The notes: a model not told the origin generated them from the letters alone. Numbered from the stretch's first letter, positions 50,294 to 60,061 are shown. The stretch is DNA of 64,000 nt from Armatimonadota bacterium (GCA_037444405.1 JBBIML010000013.1:52781-116780), one strand, 5' to 3'. Program-made: numbers and translations.

Positions 50294-50368
50294 TGGAGCG
50301 GGAGACGGGATTCGAACCCGCGACCCCTGGCATGGGAGGCCAGTGCTCTGCCTCTGAGCTACTCCCGC
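50294..50368 (-). tRNA. tRNA-Gly (CCC)
   Basis: Reverse complement GCGGGAG...CTGGC-CTCCCAT-GCCAG...GTTCGAATC...CTCCCGC-TCCA folds as a cloverleaf with encoded CCA. Confidence 0.96.
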
Positions 50369-50466
50369 TCACGCTTTAATTATACCCCATCCTCGGCATT
50401 AACGGCTGCCCGGCTGGGCGGGAGGGTGTTCGAAAATTCGCTGGCATCATACCCGCCTGTGTGAAA

Positions 50467-50554
50467 CCCCCTCACCCGTACCCTCTCCCCCGCAGGTGGG
50501 GGAGAGGGCGGATGAACTCCCTCTCCCCGCTGGGGAGCGGGTAGGGGTGAGGGG
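50467..50554. repeat. REP-like palindrome family A, full inverted doublet
   Basis: cccctcacccgtaccctctccccc...ggggagaggg followed by ccctctccccgctggggagcgggtaggggtgagggg. Confidence 0.85.
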
Positions 50555-50655
50555 CATCCTTTCAAATCCTCCGGTTGGATTTTTCGAACACCCTCGCTGG
50601 GCAGGCTTAAATGGATGCTGTTGCCGTCTCTTAAACGAAAGGTATACTCCCAATC

Positions 50656-51330
50656 GTGAGCGTTGCCGACTGGCGGGAGATCGGGCACATAACGGTTCAG
50701 CTGGTGCTGGCGATTTTGTTAAGCGGCATCATCGGTTGGGAACGGGAGCGTCGGGGGCGACCAGCGGGCATTCGCACGCATGTGCTGATCTGCTTCGGCG
50801 CGACGCTGATGATGATCCTCTCGCGCAGTTTCGGTCCGCCGAACTCCGACCCGTCGCGTATCGCGGCGCAGATAGTGAGCGGTATCGGCTTCATCGGCGC
50901 GGGCACGATTCTGCGGCAGGGCAGCATCGTGCGCGGGCTGACCACCGCCGCCAGCCTGTGGGCAGTGGTCGCGATTGGTATGACAATTGGCATGGGTGAG
51001 TGGCGCTACTATCTGATGGCGCTGATTGCGACGCTGCTGGCGTATGGCGTGCTGGTGGGGCTGCGCATCCCTGAAGAGGCGATTCATCGCGCGGCGTCGG
51101 CGCCCACGCTCTGGGTGACGCTGGAGGCAACTGCCGGCATGGAGGGCGTGTTCAGCGTGCTGACGCGGCACGGGTGCGAGCTGCAGGCGTTCCGTCAGGA
51201 GTTCCCCGATACGCCCAACACGCGCGCCTTCGCCCTGCAAATCAGCCCGTTGCGCACCAGCAGCCCCGATCTGATCCTGCACGACCTGCTGCAGCTGCCC
51301 GAAGTGCGCGCCGCCCACTGGGAGCTATGA
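50656..51330 (+). CDS. MgtC/SapB family membrane protein
   Basis: IGWERE...AGIRTH, RIAAQIVSGIGFIGAG and GLTTAASLW. Confidence 0.93.
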   Translation: MSVADWREIGHITVQLVLAILLSGIIGWERERRGRPAGIRTHVLICFGATLMMILSRSFGPPNSDPSRIAAQIVSGIGFIGAGTILRQGSIVRGLTTAASLWAVVAIGMTIGMGEWRYYLMALIATLLAYGVLVGLRIPEEAIHRAASAPTLWVTLEATAGMEGVFSVLTRHGCELQAFRQEFPDTPNTRAFALQISPLRTSSPDLILHDLLQLPEVRAAHWEL

Positions 51331-52271
51331 GGGTCGCGATTCTCGACATCGGCTCCAACTCGGTGCTGATGCTGATTGCGGAGCGCGTCGCCGATGGCTG
51401 GCGCGTGCTGAGCGATCAGACCGCCATCACGCGGCTGGGCGAAGGGTTCGAACCCGACTGTATGCTCCAGCCGTTCGCCATTCAGCGCACGCTGGACGCT
51501 ATCGAGGGCTACCTCCAGCAGTGTCGGACGCAGGGAGTGGAGCAGATTTGCGCGGTCGCCACTGCCGTCGTGCGGCGGGCGGTGAACCCGCAGGCGCTGG
51601 TCCAGCCGCTGAGCGAGCGGGGCTGCCCTGTGCGCGTGCTGAGCGAGCGCGAGGAGGCAGAGCTGAGCTTCCTCTCGGTCGCGCTGGACCCTGATATTGT
51701 GGAGTGCGGAAGCCGGGCTTCCGCACTCCAGAGTTTGCTGGTGGTCGATATCGGCGGGGGCAGTGTGGAGTTCGCGTATGGCGAAGCCTGTCGGAACCCG
51801 TCCCATTTCCACTGGCGCAGTTTGCCGATTGGTGCGATGCGGCTGCGCGAGCAGCATGCACCCTCCGATCGACCCGATGCAACAGAGATCGAGAGCTTGC
51901 GGCGATGGCTCGACGAATCGCTCGCGTTTCTGAAGGAGTTGCCGACGCCCCATCAGGTCGCAACGGTCGGCGGCACGGGGGTGAACCTCGCGCTGTTGTG
52001 GCACGCGCTTCACGGCTCGCCCGCTCGCGTCGCGCAGGTTCACGGGTTCACCCTCACCAGCGCGATGGTGAGCGAACTCGTTGCGTTGCTGATCGCGCTG
52101 GGCGATGCGGAGCGGGCACAGCTGCCGGGCATCGAGCCTGAGCGGGCGCCAATCCTGCATCTGGGCGCGCTCGTGCTGGAGCGCGTGATGGCGGTCGCAG
52201 GGATGCCCGCCGTGCGCGTCAGCACCTATGGCTTGCGCTACGGCGTGCTGTGGACGCTATTCGCCACTTAG
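51327..52271 (+). CDS. Ppx/GppA phosphatase family
   Basis: DIGSNS, ATAVVR.A.N, EEA, DIGGGS.E, GGT and GLRYG. Confidence 0.9.
   Translation: MRVAILDIGSNSVLMLIAERVADGWRVLSDQTAITRLGEGFEPDCMLQPFAIQRTLDAIEGYLQQCRTQGVEQICAVATAVVRRAVNPQALVQPLSERGCPVRVLSEREEAELSFLSVALDPDIVECGSRASALQSLLVVDIGGGSVEFAYGEACRNPSHFHWRSLPIGAMRLREQHAPSDRPDATEIESLRRWLDESLAFLKELPTPHQVATVGGTGVNLALLWHALHGSPARVAQVHGFTLTSAMVSELVALLIALGDAERAQLPGIEPERAPILHLGALVLERVMAVAGMPAVRVSTYGLRYGVLWTLFAT
51699..51730. repeat. REP-like hairpin family B, intragenic
   Basis: Perfect 14-bp stem tggagtgcggaagc-cgg-gcttccgcactcca. Confidence 0.8.
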
Positions 52272-55145
52272 CCCCAGCAGGGTGTAGCCCGCGACGGGAT
52301 GAATCGCCTGCAGGCGCAGGGTGCGAACGGGCTTGTCAGGATGCGGGTTCTGCCAGCGCAGCAGGCGTATCCGCACGCGCGTGCCCGATTCCAGCCGTCG
52401 GCTCCACACGGGCGGCGATTCAATCGCCGCGCCAGGGTCGTTCCACGCACGCACATGCACGCCATACAGCAGGGTCAGCTCCGCTTGCGTGCCGTCGGCA
52501 TACTCCAGCACATAGCGGGCAACAGGTTCGTTGCGCTCTATCTGCCAGCCTGTCGTGTGCAGAATGTGCAGTGTGCGCACCGTTCGCCCCATCGGGATGA
52601 CCACCTCGCGCGGGTAGCGCGACGGCTCGCCAGGCGCCAGCAGGCTGGCGAGCATCAGCGCGTTCGGCTGCTCATGTGTGGACTGCGGAAGCCTCGCTTC
52701 CGCTGAATCGCCGAGCTGGAACAGGTAGCCGTTCAGCCGTGTCCGCCCTGTCGGCAGCATGCTGAACGCCTCATCCAGCGCACTGAGCGGCAAATTGTAC
52801 ACCGGTCGTAGGTCGATCAGGAAGCCCTGTCGCGCCGTCAGCGGTATCGGCTCGCGCCAGTACCGTTCGTGGAAGAACTGCTCGGCGTCGAAGGGCAGCT
52901 GCTCTGGCGGTGGCGCGTCGCCGTTCCACGCATAGGTCGCCGCCAGCACATAGGCGATGAACTGCTCGGTCCAGTCGCGCAGGCTCTGCTCGGTGAGCGA
53001 GTAGCCCGCCCATGTGCTTTGCAGTAAGCCCTTGATGCGCCGCGCCCGTGCCGCCTGCGCGAAGGTGTAGATATTCTGCGGGTTGTACCATGTGGTCGCG
53101 ACGATGCGCTGGAAACCTGCCTGACGCAGCACATCGAGGCTGCGGTAGCCGTCGGGTTCGGTCGGTGTGTAGTGCCAGTCGCAGAGGATGAGCTCGGGAG
53201 CGGGTTTGGGCGCGTCGGCGATGGCTTTCAGCACCTGCTCGCGCGTGGATCGGGACGCGGCGGGGTCGGCGGCGTTCGCCGCGCCGTCGTGCGCCTCGCC
53301 CGGCGCCAGCAACATATCGCTCCAGAGCATCACCTGGCGCACGCCCCGCTTCTGCAGCTCGCCCACCAGCCAGCGGAAATGCTCGCTGAACAGCTCGGCA
53401 ACGGTCGCGCCCTGACATTCGGGGCTGTAGGGGAACCGCCCGCGCAGCGTCACCTCGTCCAGACCCAGATGGAACGCATCGTTCGGAAAGAGCGCGAGAA
53501 CCTCGTCGAACAGCTGGCTCAAGAGCTGCTTTGCAGCGGGGCGACGCGGGCAGATCGCCCACGGCGTGTCGGGGTCTTCCGCCAGCGCGGTGTTCGCGCC
53601 GTTGCGAAAGACCCAGTACATATGCCCCAGCGACTGCAGCAGCGGAATCGGCTCCAGCTGGTTCGCCTGCGCCAGCGCGACAATCGCCTGCAGGTTCGCC
53701 TTCGGCACCGAGAAATCGACCCACGCAGGGCGAATCGCCTCCCACTGGCTATAACCGCACTCCACCACCAGCCGATTGAACTTGAGATTCGCGATCAGAT
53801 TGCCGATGAGCCGCTGATGGAACTCCTTTTGCGTGCCGCCGAACAGATGCACGCCCCGAAAGAGCAGGTCGGGATAGTCGATGATGGTGATGGGCGCGAT
53901 TTGCAGCTGGTTCGGCGCGGGCTGAAGCAGTTGAATGAGCGTCTGCACGCCGTAGAACGCGCCCTCGGCGAACCGCCCGATAATCAGCACCTGATTGGGC
54001 TGCACGCGAAGGCAGTACGCGCCCGCGCGATCGGGCACAGGATATTGCCGCTGTAGCTCACGGCTGCCGCCGATGAAAATGAGCTCGTTAGCCCCCTCGC
54101 CCGCACCCTTTCCCCCGCTGGGGGAGAGGGATTTGCTACTCCCCTCTCCCACCGCGTGGGAGAGGGGCTGGGGGTGAGGGCGCACAGAAATCCCCGCTGC
54201 CAGCCCATAGCGCGTCAGCTCGCGGGCGAGCGATTCGGCTGCCGCGCGATACTCGTCGCTCTCAATCCCAATCTGAACAGGCTGATTCGCCAGCAGGATG
54301 AAGGGTGCGCCTGCGCCACGCCAGACAATCCTGGGCGGCGGCACCAGCACCGGCTCGCGCGGCTGTGGCGACCAGCCGTCCTCCACCACCTCCATCGGCA
54401 ATCCTGGCTCCAGCACGGTTGCTCTTTCAAAGGGCGCGCGCGGCTGAATGCGCAGCTGATAGCGCAGGGTGAGCGTTTGCTTACTGGGCAGGAGCGTGCC
54501 GAGCGTGCCCAGCCAGAGCGCGGGACCCTCCACGCCCCAGCCGCGTTTCGGATTGCCGCGCCCGTCCAGTACGGCGAAAGGCGTGCCCGAATCCGCCCGC
54601 ACGGTGATGGAGCCCAGCCCCGTTTCAAAGCTCAGCTCATGCCCTTCGAACAGATAGTCGCCCTCGCGGGTGATGGGTTGCGTCTGCAGGACGGGCGTCG
54701 CCAGCCAGCCGTCGCCGCGCAGCGACGCGCCAATCAGCAGCGCCGCGTTCCACACCCCGATACACCACTCCACAATCGCGGGCGAGTTGCTCTCCCAGCG
54801 CACCTGCAGGCTCCACTCCAGCGTGGTCCCATCCAGCAGGCGTACCGTCTCGGTCAACTCGCCCAGCGGCGGCGCCAGCGGATGGCGAATCGTGAGCGTA
54901 TCGCCTGTTCGAGAGACAGCACCGCCCTCACCCGAAGAGTAGTAGCCGCGCGACCAGTCGGGCGCGGCAATCTGCACGGAGGAGGTGCGTCCCACCGTGG
55001 CGCCCGCGATGCGCAGTTCGAACCCGCGCCCGCCCCGATAGCGCAGCTCCCAACCCTCACCCTGCAACGACGGCGGTTGCGCCATCAGCAGCCCCCAGAG
55101 CCAGCACCCGATCAGCCAGCCAGTCAGCCACCGCATCGCCCGCAT
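52257..55145 (-). CDS. Exported GH20-like beta-N-acetylhexosaminidase
   Basis: Signal peptide, GAFYGVQTL.QL, I.DYP...RGVH, IP..QSLGH, FHLGLDE catalytic pair and WSDM. Confidence 0.85.
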   Translation of the reverse strand: MRAMRWLTGWLIGCWLWGLLMAQPPSLQGEGWELRYRGGRGFELRIAGATVGRTSSVQIAAPDWSRGYYSSGEGGAVSRTGDTLTIRHPLAPPLGELTETVRLLDGTTLEWSLQVRWESNSPAIVEWCIGVWNAALLIGASLRGDGWLATPVLQTQPITREGDYLFEGHELSFETGLGSITVRADSGTPFAVLDGRGNPKRGWGVEGPALWLGTLGTLLPSKQTLTLRYQLRIQPRAPFERATVLEPGLPMEVVEDGWSPQPREPVLVPPPRIVWRGAGAPFILLANQPVQIGIESDEYRAAAESLARELTRYGLAAGISVRPHPQPLSHAVGEGSSKSLSPSGGKGAGEGANELIFIGGSRELQRQYPVPDRAGAYCLRVQPNQVLIIGRFAEGAFYGVQTLIQLLQPAPNQLQIAPITIIDYPDLLFRGVHLFGGTQKEFHQRLIGNLIANLKFNRLVVECGYSQWEAIRPAWVDFSVPKANLQAIVALAQANQLEPIPLLQSLGHMYWVFRNGANTALAEDPDTPWAICPRRPAAKQLLSQLFDEVLALFPNDAFHLGLDEVTLRGRFPYSPECQGATVAELFSEHFRWLVGELQKRGVRQVMLWSDMLLAPGEAHDGAANAADPAASRSTREQVLKAIADAPKPAPELILCDWHYTPTEPDGYRSLDVLRQAGFQRIVATTWYNPQNIYTFAQAARARRIKGLLQSTWAGYSLTEQSLRDWTEQFIAYVLAATYAWNGDAPPPEQLPFDAEQFFHERYWREPIPLTARQGFLIDLRPVYNLPLSALDEAFSMLPTGRTRLNGYLFQLGDSAEARLPQSTHEQPNALMLASLLAPGEPSRYPREVVIPMGRTVRTLHILHTTGWQIERNEPVARYVLEYADGTQAELTLLYGVHVRAWNDPGAAIESPPVWSRRLESGTRVRIRLLRWQNPHPDKPVRTLRLQAIHPVAGYTLLGLSGE
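52678..52703. repeat. REP-like hairpin family B, intragenic (partial)
   Basis: gtggact-gcggaagc-ctc-gcttccgc, same core as the copy at 51699. Confidence 0.7.
54091..54181. repeat. REP-like palindrome family A doublet, in frame inside the GH20 gene
   Basis: Same architecture as 50467-50554; encodes RPHPQPLSHAVGEGSSKSLSPSGGKGAGEGA. Confidence 0.85.
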
Positions 55146-55148
55146 GCC

Positions 55149-55712
55149 CTACGGTCCCGCAGGGCGCACCCGCTGGCGCACCCGCCGCTCGCCTGAAGAT
55201 GAGAGGGTCTCCTGCATTTGCGAGATCTGCCCATCCTTCTGAACCTGCAGGGTGATGCGCGTCTCCACCGACTCGCCAAACATGCTGATCTTCATCACGA
55301 TGGGCGGCTGATGCTCCAGCACGATGGTGTCGGGCGGCGCGTCGGGCTTCGGCGGCTTGTAGATAATCTTGATGGGCGTCGTCTGACCCTGCACCGCAAT
55401 CGGCTGCAGATAAGATTGATCCAGATATTTGGGCACCAGCGCCTGCAGGTTGGGCGGATATTTGCCGTTGTGGTCCGCCGCATACCGCTGGAGCGCCTGA
55501 TAGATGCTCTTCATGCGCGGGATGACCACCCGCTCCATCTGTTCCGATTGCTGGATGGCCCCGCCGAACGACTGCTGGATGGCGCGTCCCAGCAGGTAAA
55601 TCCCCACGAAGGCGAGGATGAGCAGTCCCAGGCAGCCCAGCCCGCCCAGAACCCAGCACGAAGTGCGCCCACGCCGATAAGACACCTGTTCACCAGAAAC
55701 CCTGTCGCTCAT
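55149..55712 (-). CDS. Membrane-anchored pilin/pseudopilin-like protein
   Basis: TM helix, then MKSIYQALQRYAADHNGKYPPNLQALVPKYL and C-terminal V.KDG.I. Confidence 0.55.
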   Translation of the reverse strand: MSDRVSGEQVSYRRGRTSCWVLGGLGCLGLLILAFVGIYLLGRAIQQSFGGAIQQSEQMERVVIPRMKSIYQALQRYAADHNGKYPPNLQALVPKYLDQSYLQPIAVQGQTTPIKIIYKPPKPDAPPDTIVLEHQPPIVMKISMFGESVETRITLQVQKDGQISQMQETLSSSGERRVRQRVRPAGP

Positions 55713-55951
55713 CGCAGATTTCCCTTTCGACAGGCTCTCGCCGACTCCTGCCGATGAGCAGGAATCGGACAATGCCTTGCGAATCATACAATCAGCACGG
55801 AGGGCGACGATGCCAGCCCTGAACCAGACGGCTCCTCGCCACCAGTCTGCCACCGCCGTGAGGGGGCGTGAACCGCTCACCGCCCCACATAGGCGGACAA
55901 TCTTGCACGGGGGCGCCATGAAGCACGCAGGACAGCCCAGACAGAATGTGA

Positions 55952-56161
55952 GTGGACCTGGAGTTCGTGTTCGTAGAGGGCTGAGTCTTATTTGCTGAAG
56001 CCGAGTTTCCGCGGATACTTCAGAGTGGGAATGTGGGTCCTATTTACTTATTCAAGCAGGTTTCGCGAGTGCGTGTGGATGAGTGTGGCACAGAGGCAAG
56101 GGCGATCACAACAGCCATGACACGGAGCATAGCGCTTCGTCTTTTCGGACTTCGACGACCC
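55952..56161 (+). pseudogene. Degenerate serpin C-terminal fragment
   Basis: Frame reads VDLEFVFVEG*VLFAEAEFPRI...KQVSRVRVDECGTEARAITTAMTRS, resembling the serpin hinge VDExGTEAAAAT; internal stop, no N-terminus. Confidence 0.5.
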
Positions 56162-56188
56162 TGCGCCCCTGTCGCGCACGGTGTGTGG

Positions 56189-56422
56189 TCAGGTTCGCTT
56201 TCTCTGGACAGCCCCTTGCGATGCGTCCGCCTGTGCTGGTTGTGTTGGGGGTGGTTCGGCTTCTTCAGTTAGCAGCACGGGGATGCCCTCGCGGATGGGG
56301 TAGCGGCGTCCGCACTGGTCGCACACCAGCGCGCCTTCCTGCCAGCGCAGCGGTGGGCGCTCCTCGCACGCCGGGCACGCCAGCATCTCCAGCAACTCCA
56401 TCGGCAGCAGCGCGCTCTCCAT
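56189..56422 (-). CDS. Trm112-like (UPF0434) protein
   Basis: LLEMLACPAC...LVCDQCGRRYPIREGIPVLL. Confidence 0.88.
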   Translation of the reverse strand: MESALLPMELLEMLACPACEERPPLRWQEGALVCDQCGRRYPIREGIPVLLTEEAEPPPTQPAQADASQGAVQRKRT

Positions 56423-57507
56423 CACACAATCTCCAGCATCCGTTCGATGGCGCGCCGCGCCCGCGCCGCTATCTCGTCGGGCACGCGCACCTCGTACACC
56501 ATGTCGCGCAACGAGCGGTAGAGCTTGGGCAGCGTGATGGTCTTCATATATTCGCAAATCGCGTCGGCTTTCACAGGGATGAACCGCTTCTCGGGCGCCT
56601 CCTTCTTCAGGCGGTGCAGCATGCCGACCTCCGTCGCGACCAGATGCACGGGCGCGGGCGACTGACGCACATGCTTGACCATGCCGCCTGTGCCGTAGAT
56701 GAAGGTGCGCTCGGCGGGCAGGTCGCCCTCCGACAGGGCGTACATGCACTGGCTCACGCAGCCGCATTCAGGGTGCATCAGTAAATCGGCGTCGGGATGC
56801 TCGCGCAGCATGCTCACAATATCTTCGGGTCGGATGCCCGCATGCACATGGCACTCGCCCATCCACAGGTGCAGTTTGCGCCCCGTCATGCGCTGCACAT
56901 ACAGTCCCAGAAACATATCGGGCAGAAAGAGAATCTCTTTCTCTTCGGGGATGGCCTGCACGACCTTGAGCGCGTTGCTGGAGGTACAGCAGTAGTCGGC
57001 TTCAGCTTTCACATCGGCGTTCGTGTTCACATAGGCGACCACGACGCCGTTGGGGTGGCGGGCTTTCCACTGGCGCACCTCTTCGGCGGTGACGGTCGCC
57101 GCCAGCGAGCAGCCCGCTTCGGGGTCAGGGATCAGCACCGTCTTATCGGGACAGAGGATGGCAGCCGTCTCCGCCATGAAGTGAACGCCGCAGAACACGA
57201 TCACCTTCGCGTCGGTCTGCGCTGCCTGTTGCGAAAGCTGCAGCGAATCGCCCACGAAGTCCGCCAGGTCCTGAATGATGGGCAGCTGATAGTTATGCGC
57301 GAGGATAATCGCGTCGCGCTCTTTGCGCAGGCGCTGGATGCGTTCGATCAGTTCCGTCTCGCTCAGGTGGGGGATTTCGGGGTCCTTCTGGATGGCGCGC
57401 GTTGCCTCGGTGAGCGCGACCGACGGGCGCGCTTTGGAGCGGGGCACCACCATCGGCAGCTCCGCAGGTGCATCCCCATGCTTCGTCGGCAAAGTCGGAT
57501 TGGTCAT
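56422..57507 (-). CDS. nadA: Quinolinate synthase
   Basis: ILAHNYQ, GDSL, FCGVHFMAET, AGCSLA, YVNT, C.VH, HPEC and C.YMK. Confidence 0.96.
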   Translation of the reverse strand: MTNPTLPTKHGDAPAELPMVVPRSKARPSVALTEATRAIQKDPEIPHLSETELIERIQRLRKERDAIILAHNYQLPIIQDLADFVGDSLQLSQQAAQTDAKVIVFCGVHFMAETAAILCPDKTVLIPDPEAGCSLAATVTAEEVRQWKARHPNGVVVAYVNTNADVKAEADYCCTSSNALKVVQAIPEEKEILFLPDMFLGLYVQRMTGRKLHLWMGECHVHAGIRPEDIVSMLREHPDADLLMHPECGCVSQCMYALSEGDLPAERTFIYGTGGMVKHVRQSPAPVHLVATEVGMLHRLKKEAPEKRFIPVKADAICEYMKTITLPKLYRSLRDMVYEVRVPDEIAARARRAIERMLEIV

Positions 57508-57511
57508 GGCG

Positions 57512-58645
57512 CTACTCTGAGTATACCTGAACGGATGCGGTCGCGCCGTTCACTGGCTCGCAGACGATGAACTGCGGACTATAGTGGCTTTGGGCGCGGT
57601 AGGCGTCGTCGGCGGCTTTGAGGAAGGCGTCGATGCGGGCGCGCTCGACGAGCGCCACGCACGCACCTCCGAAGCCCGCCCCTGTCAGCCGCACGCCCAC
57701 GCAGCCCGGCGCGTCGAGGCAGGCGGCAACCATCTGATCCAGTTCGGGGCAGCTCACCTCGTAGTCGTCGCGCAGCGAGGCGTGCGACGCCAGCATCAGG
57801 TGGCGGATGGCGGGCGCATCAGCGCGCGCCAGAGCGTCCAGAAACGCCTGCACGCGCGCGTTCTCGCTGATCACATGGCGGGCGCGACGGCGTGCTGGCT
57901 CGGTCAGGAGCGGCAGATAGAGCGCGGCGGCTTCGGGCGGCACATCGCGCAGCGCGTTCACCGAATCGCCCAGCACCGCTCGCAGCTGCTCCACCGCCTG
58001 CTGGCACTCTGCCCGACGCCGGTTATACTCCGAGCCGCTGAGCGTGCGCGGTTTGCCCGTGTCCGCCACCACAATCAGCCAGTGCGCGGGCAGGGGCACA
58101 TGGCGCGTCGTGAGTGTGCGTGTGTCCAGAAAGAGCGCGTGCCCGCGCTGGGCGAGCAGGCTCGCCGCCTGATCCATAATCCCGCACTGCACGCCCGCGT
58201 ACTCATGCTCCGCCCGCTGACACAGCTTCGCCAGCGTCCAGCCGTCCAGATTGAGCTGGTCGAGCGCGTTCCAGAGGGTAGCGAAGGCGGCTTCGAGCGC
58301 GGCAGACGAGCTCAGCCCCGCGCCAGTGGGCAGTGTCGAAGACACCACGCCCTCGATGCCTGTCAGCGTGCGCCCCGTGTGGCGCATCAGCATCGCCGCG
58401 ACACCCGCCACATAGCGCGTCCAGCCATCTGGCAGCGCGTCGGGCGACGCCTGCGCCAGACCAGCAAGGTCAAACTCGATCTGCTCGTCCAGCGTCTCCG
58501 AATAGATCTGGCAGCGATGGTCGGTGCGGGGTCGCGCGTGGAGGTGGATCTCGCGGTCGATGGCGACGGGCAGCACGAAGCCGTCGTTATAGTCGGTATG
58601 TTCCCCGATGAGGTTCACCCGCCCCGGTGCCCGCACGCGCATCAT
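57512..58645 (-). CDS. galK: Galactokinase
   Basis: APGRVNLIGEHTDYNDG, GAGLSSSAA, CGIMDQ and RLTGAGFGG. Confidence 0.96.
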   Translation of the reverse strand: MMRVRAPGRVNLIGEHTDYNDGFVLPVAIDREIHLHARPRTDHRCQIYSETLDEQIEFDLAGLAQASPDALPDGWTRYVAGVAAMLMRHTGRTLTGIEGVVSSTLPTGAGLSSSAALEAAFATLWNALDQLNLDGWTLAKLCQRAEHEYAGVQCGIMDQAASLLAQRGHALFLDTRTLTTRHVPLPAHWLIVVADTGKPRTLSGSEYNRRRAECQQAVEQLRAVLGDSVNALRDVPPEAAALYLPLLTEPARRRARHVISENARVQAFLDALARADAPAIRHLMLASHASLRDDYEVSCPELDQMVAACLDAPGCVGVRLTGAGFGGACVALVERARIDAFLKAADDAYRAQSHYSPQFIVCEPVNGATASVQVYSE

Positions 58646-58646
58646 G

Positions 58647-59051
58647 CTACTCCTCCGTCAGGGGCTTGCGAGCGCTGAAGCCTGTGTCCAGCTCGTGCCA
58701 GTAGCGGACACGCTCCTCGCCCAGCCGCCAGCACAGGAACACCTCGCGTCCGTCGCGCAGGTGTGGGAAGTCGACGATGCCGTGTTCCACATCGCGCAGG
58801 ATGACGCCCAGTGCGTGCAGCTCATCGACGGCTTTGTGGATGGCTTCAGCGATAGGAGACGGCTCCCAATCGGGCGGGTGTCCGTTGCGCTGTTCGAGTC
58901 GGACGACCTGCTGTGCCTGCTCGCCGAACTCCTCGCGCAGGCGTTCCAGCATCGCCTGCAGGCGCAGCAGATGCTTTTGCAGCTCCGGGATGAGCGCATT
59001 CGCTTCCGCCACTGTGAAGTAGCGTCGGAACGGCTTGCGTCGGCGTCTCAT
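58647..59051 (-). CDS. DUF2203 family protein
   Basis: FTV.EANALIP and G.VDFP....G..V.LCW.LGE..V.YWH....GF..R.P. Confidence 0.85.
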   Translation of the reverse strand: MRRRRKPFRRYFTVAEANALIPELQKHLLRLQAMLERLREEFGEQAQQVVRLEQRNGHPPDWEPSPIAEAIHKAVDELHALGVILRDVEHGIVDFPHLRDGREVFLCWRLGEERVRYWHELDTGFSARKPLTEE

Positions 59052-59075
59052 GCTGTGGGGGATTGTACCTGATTC

Positions 59076-59426
59076 TGGTGGAGGCGGGGGGAATTGAACC
59101 CCCTTCCAGAGCAGCTGCTCACCCAGCTTCTACGAGCGTAGTCCGTCTTTAGTTCTCGCACCGCGCGTCCCGACGGACAGGGTGTCGCGGCGCCAGCCCA
59201 ATTTCGGGTCCTCCCTCTGCCTCAGGCGGGGCATTGGGAGCCAGTCGGTGTAGCCCACGCTCGACCGCGCCCGCACCGACGACAGGCACGGCGGCGGCTG
59301 CCTTCAATTAGGCAGCAAGAGCATAGTTGTAGTTCGCACTTCTTGTGCGCCGTTTTTTAACGAGGCCAACGGCACCTCGGCTCGCCACTGAGCGTCAGAC
59401 CTGCCCTGTCGAACCCTGACGCCCCC
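59076..59426 (-). ncRNA. ssrA: tmRNA
   Basis: 5' GGGGGCG..GGTTCGAC and 3' TTCAATTCCCCCCGCCTCCACCA; tag reading frame 59337-59308 encodes ANYNYALAA*. Confidence 0.95.
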
Positions 59427-59480
59427 ATGTTCCTCTCTATTATACCATCCCCGCTGGACAAAAGGTTCCCCGCTAATCGA

Positions 59481-59540
59481 CCCTCATTCCCAGAGGGGAG
59501 AGAAAAAGTTCACCCCCTCTCCCCCAGCGGGGGAGAGGGG
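59481..59540. repeat. REP-like palindrome family A (partial hairpins)
   Basis: cccctctcccccagcgggggagagggg plus a degenerate partner, between greA and ssrA. Confidence 0.65.
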
Positions 59541-59550
59541 TGATTTTCAC

Positions 59551-60018
59551 TTACTCAATCGCTTCGATTTTGTAGCGCACGACGCCTTTGGGCGTCTGCA
59601 CCTCCACCTCGTCGCCGACCGATTTGCCCAGCAGCGCTTCACCCAGTGGCGACACGATGGAGATGCGATCCTGCAGCGGATCCGCCTCGAAGGAGCCGAC
59701 GAGCGTGATGGCGCGCTCGCGTCCCGTATCGAGGTCGCGCAGGCGCACACGCGAGCCAAGATGCGCGATCTCGCCCGCATGGTCAGGGCGTGGCACGACC
59801 CGCGCCCGCTGCAGCACATGCTCCAGGTCGCGGATGCGCCCCTCCAGCATCGCCTGCTGACGCCGCGCGTCCTGATAATCGAAGTTCTCGCTCAAATCGC
59901 CCAGCGAACGCGCATGGCGCAGCCGCTCCGCTATCTCCCGGCGCTTGACCGTCTTCAACTCCTCCAGCTCACGCTTCAATCGCTCGTAGCCCTCTGGCGT
60001 CATGAGAATCTCCGGCAT
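59551..60018 (-). CDS. greA: Transcription elongation factor GreA
   Basis: MTPEGY..L..EL, GDLSEN.DY and IS..SPLG.ALLGK..GD. Confidence 0.94.
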   Translation of the reverse strand: MPEILMTPEGYERLKRELEELKTVKRREIAERLRHARSLGDLSENFDYQDARRQQAMLEGRIRDLEHVLQRARVVPRPDHAGEIAHLGSRVRLRDLDTGRERAITLVGSFEADPLQDRISIVSPLGEALLGKSVGDEVEVQTPKGVVRYKIEAIE

Positions 60019-60061
60019 GGTAATCTCTATTTATACCCTATCACAGAGGAGGAGACAACCG

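Noticed and set aside
55724..55738. cctttcgacaggctc and similar gaagcctgtcggaac (51783) as a fourth repeat family
   Set aside because: The matches are too short and imperfect to support without a genome-wide count
50294..59426. tRNA-Gly or tmRNA as integration sites for an island
   Set aside because: No integrase and no duplicated 3' end (att) were seen; flanking genes are host-like
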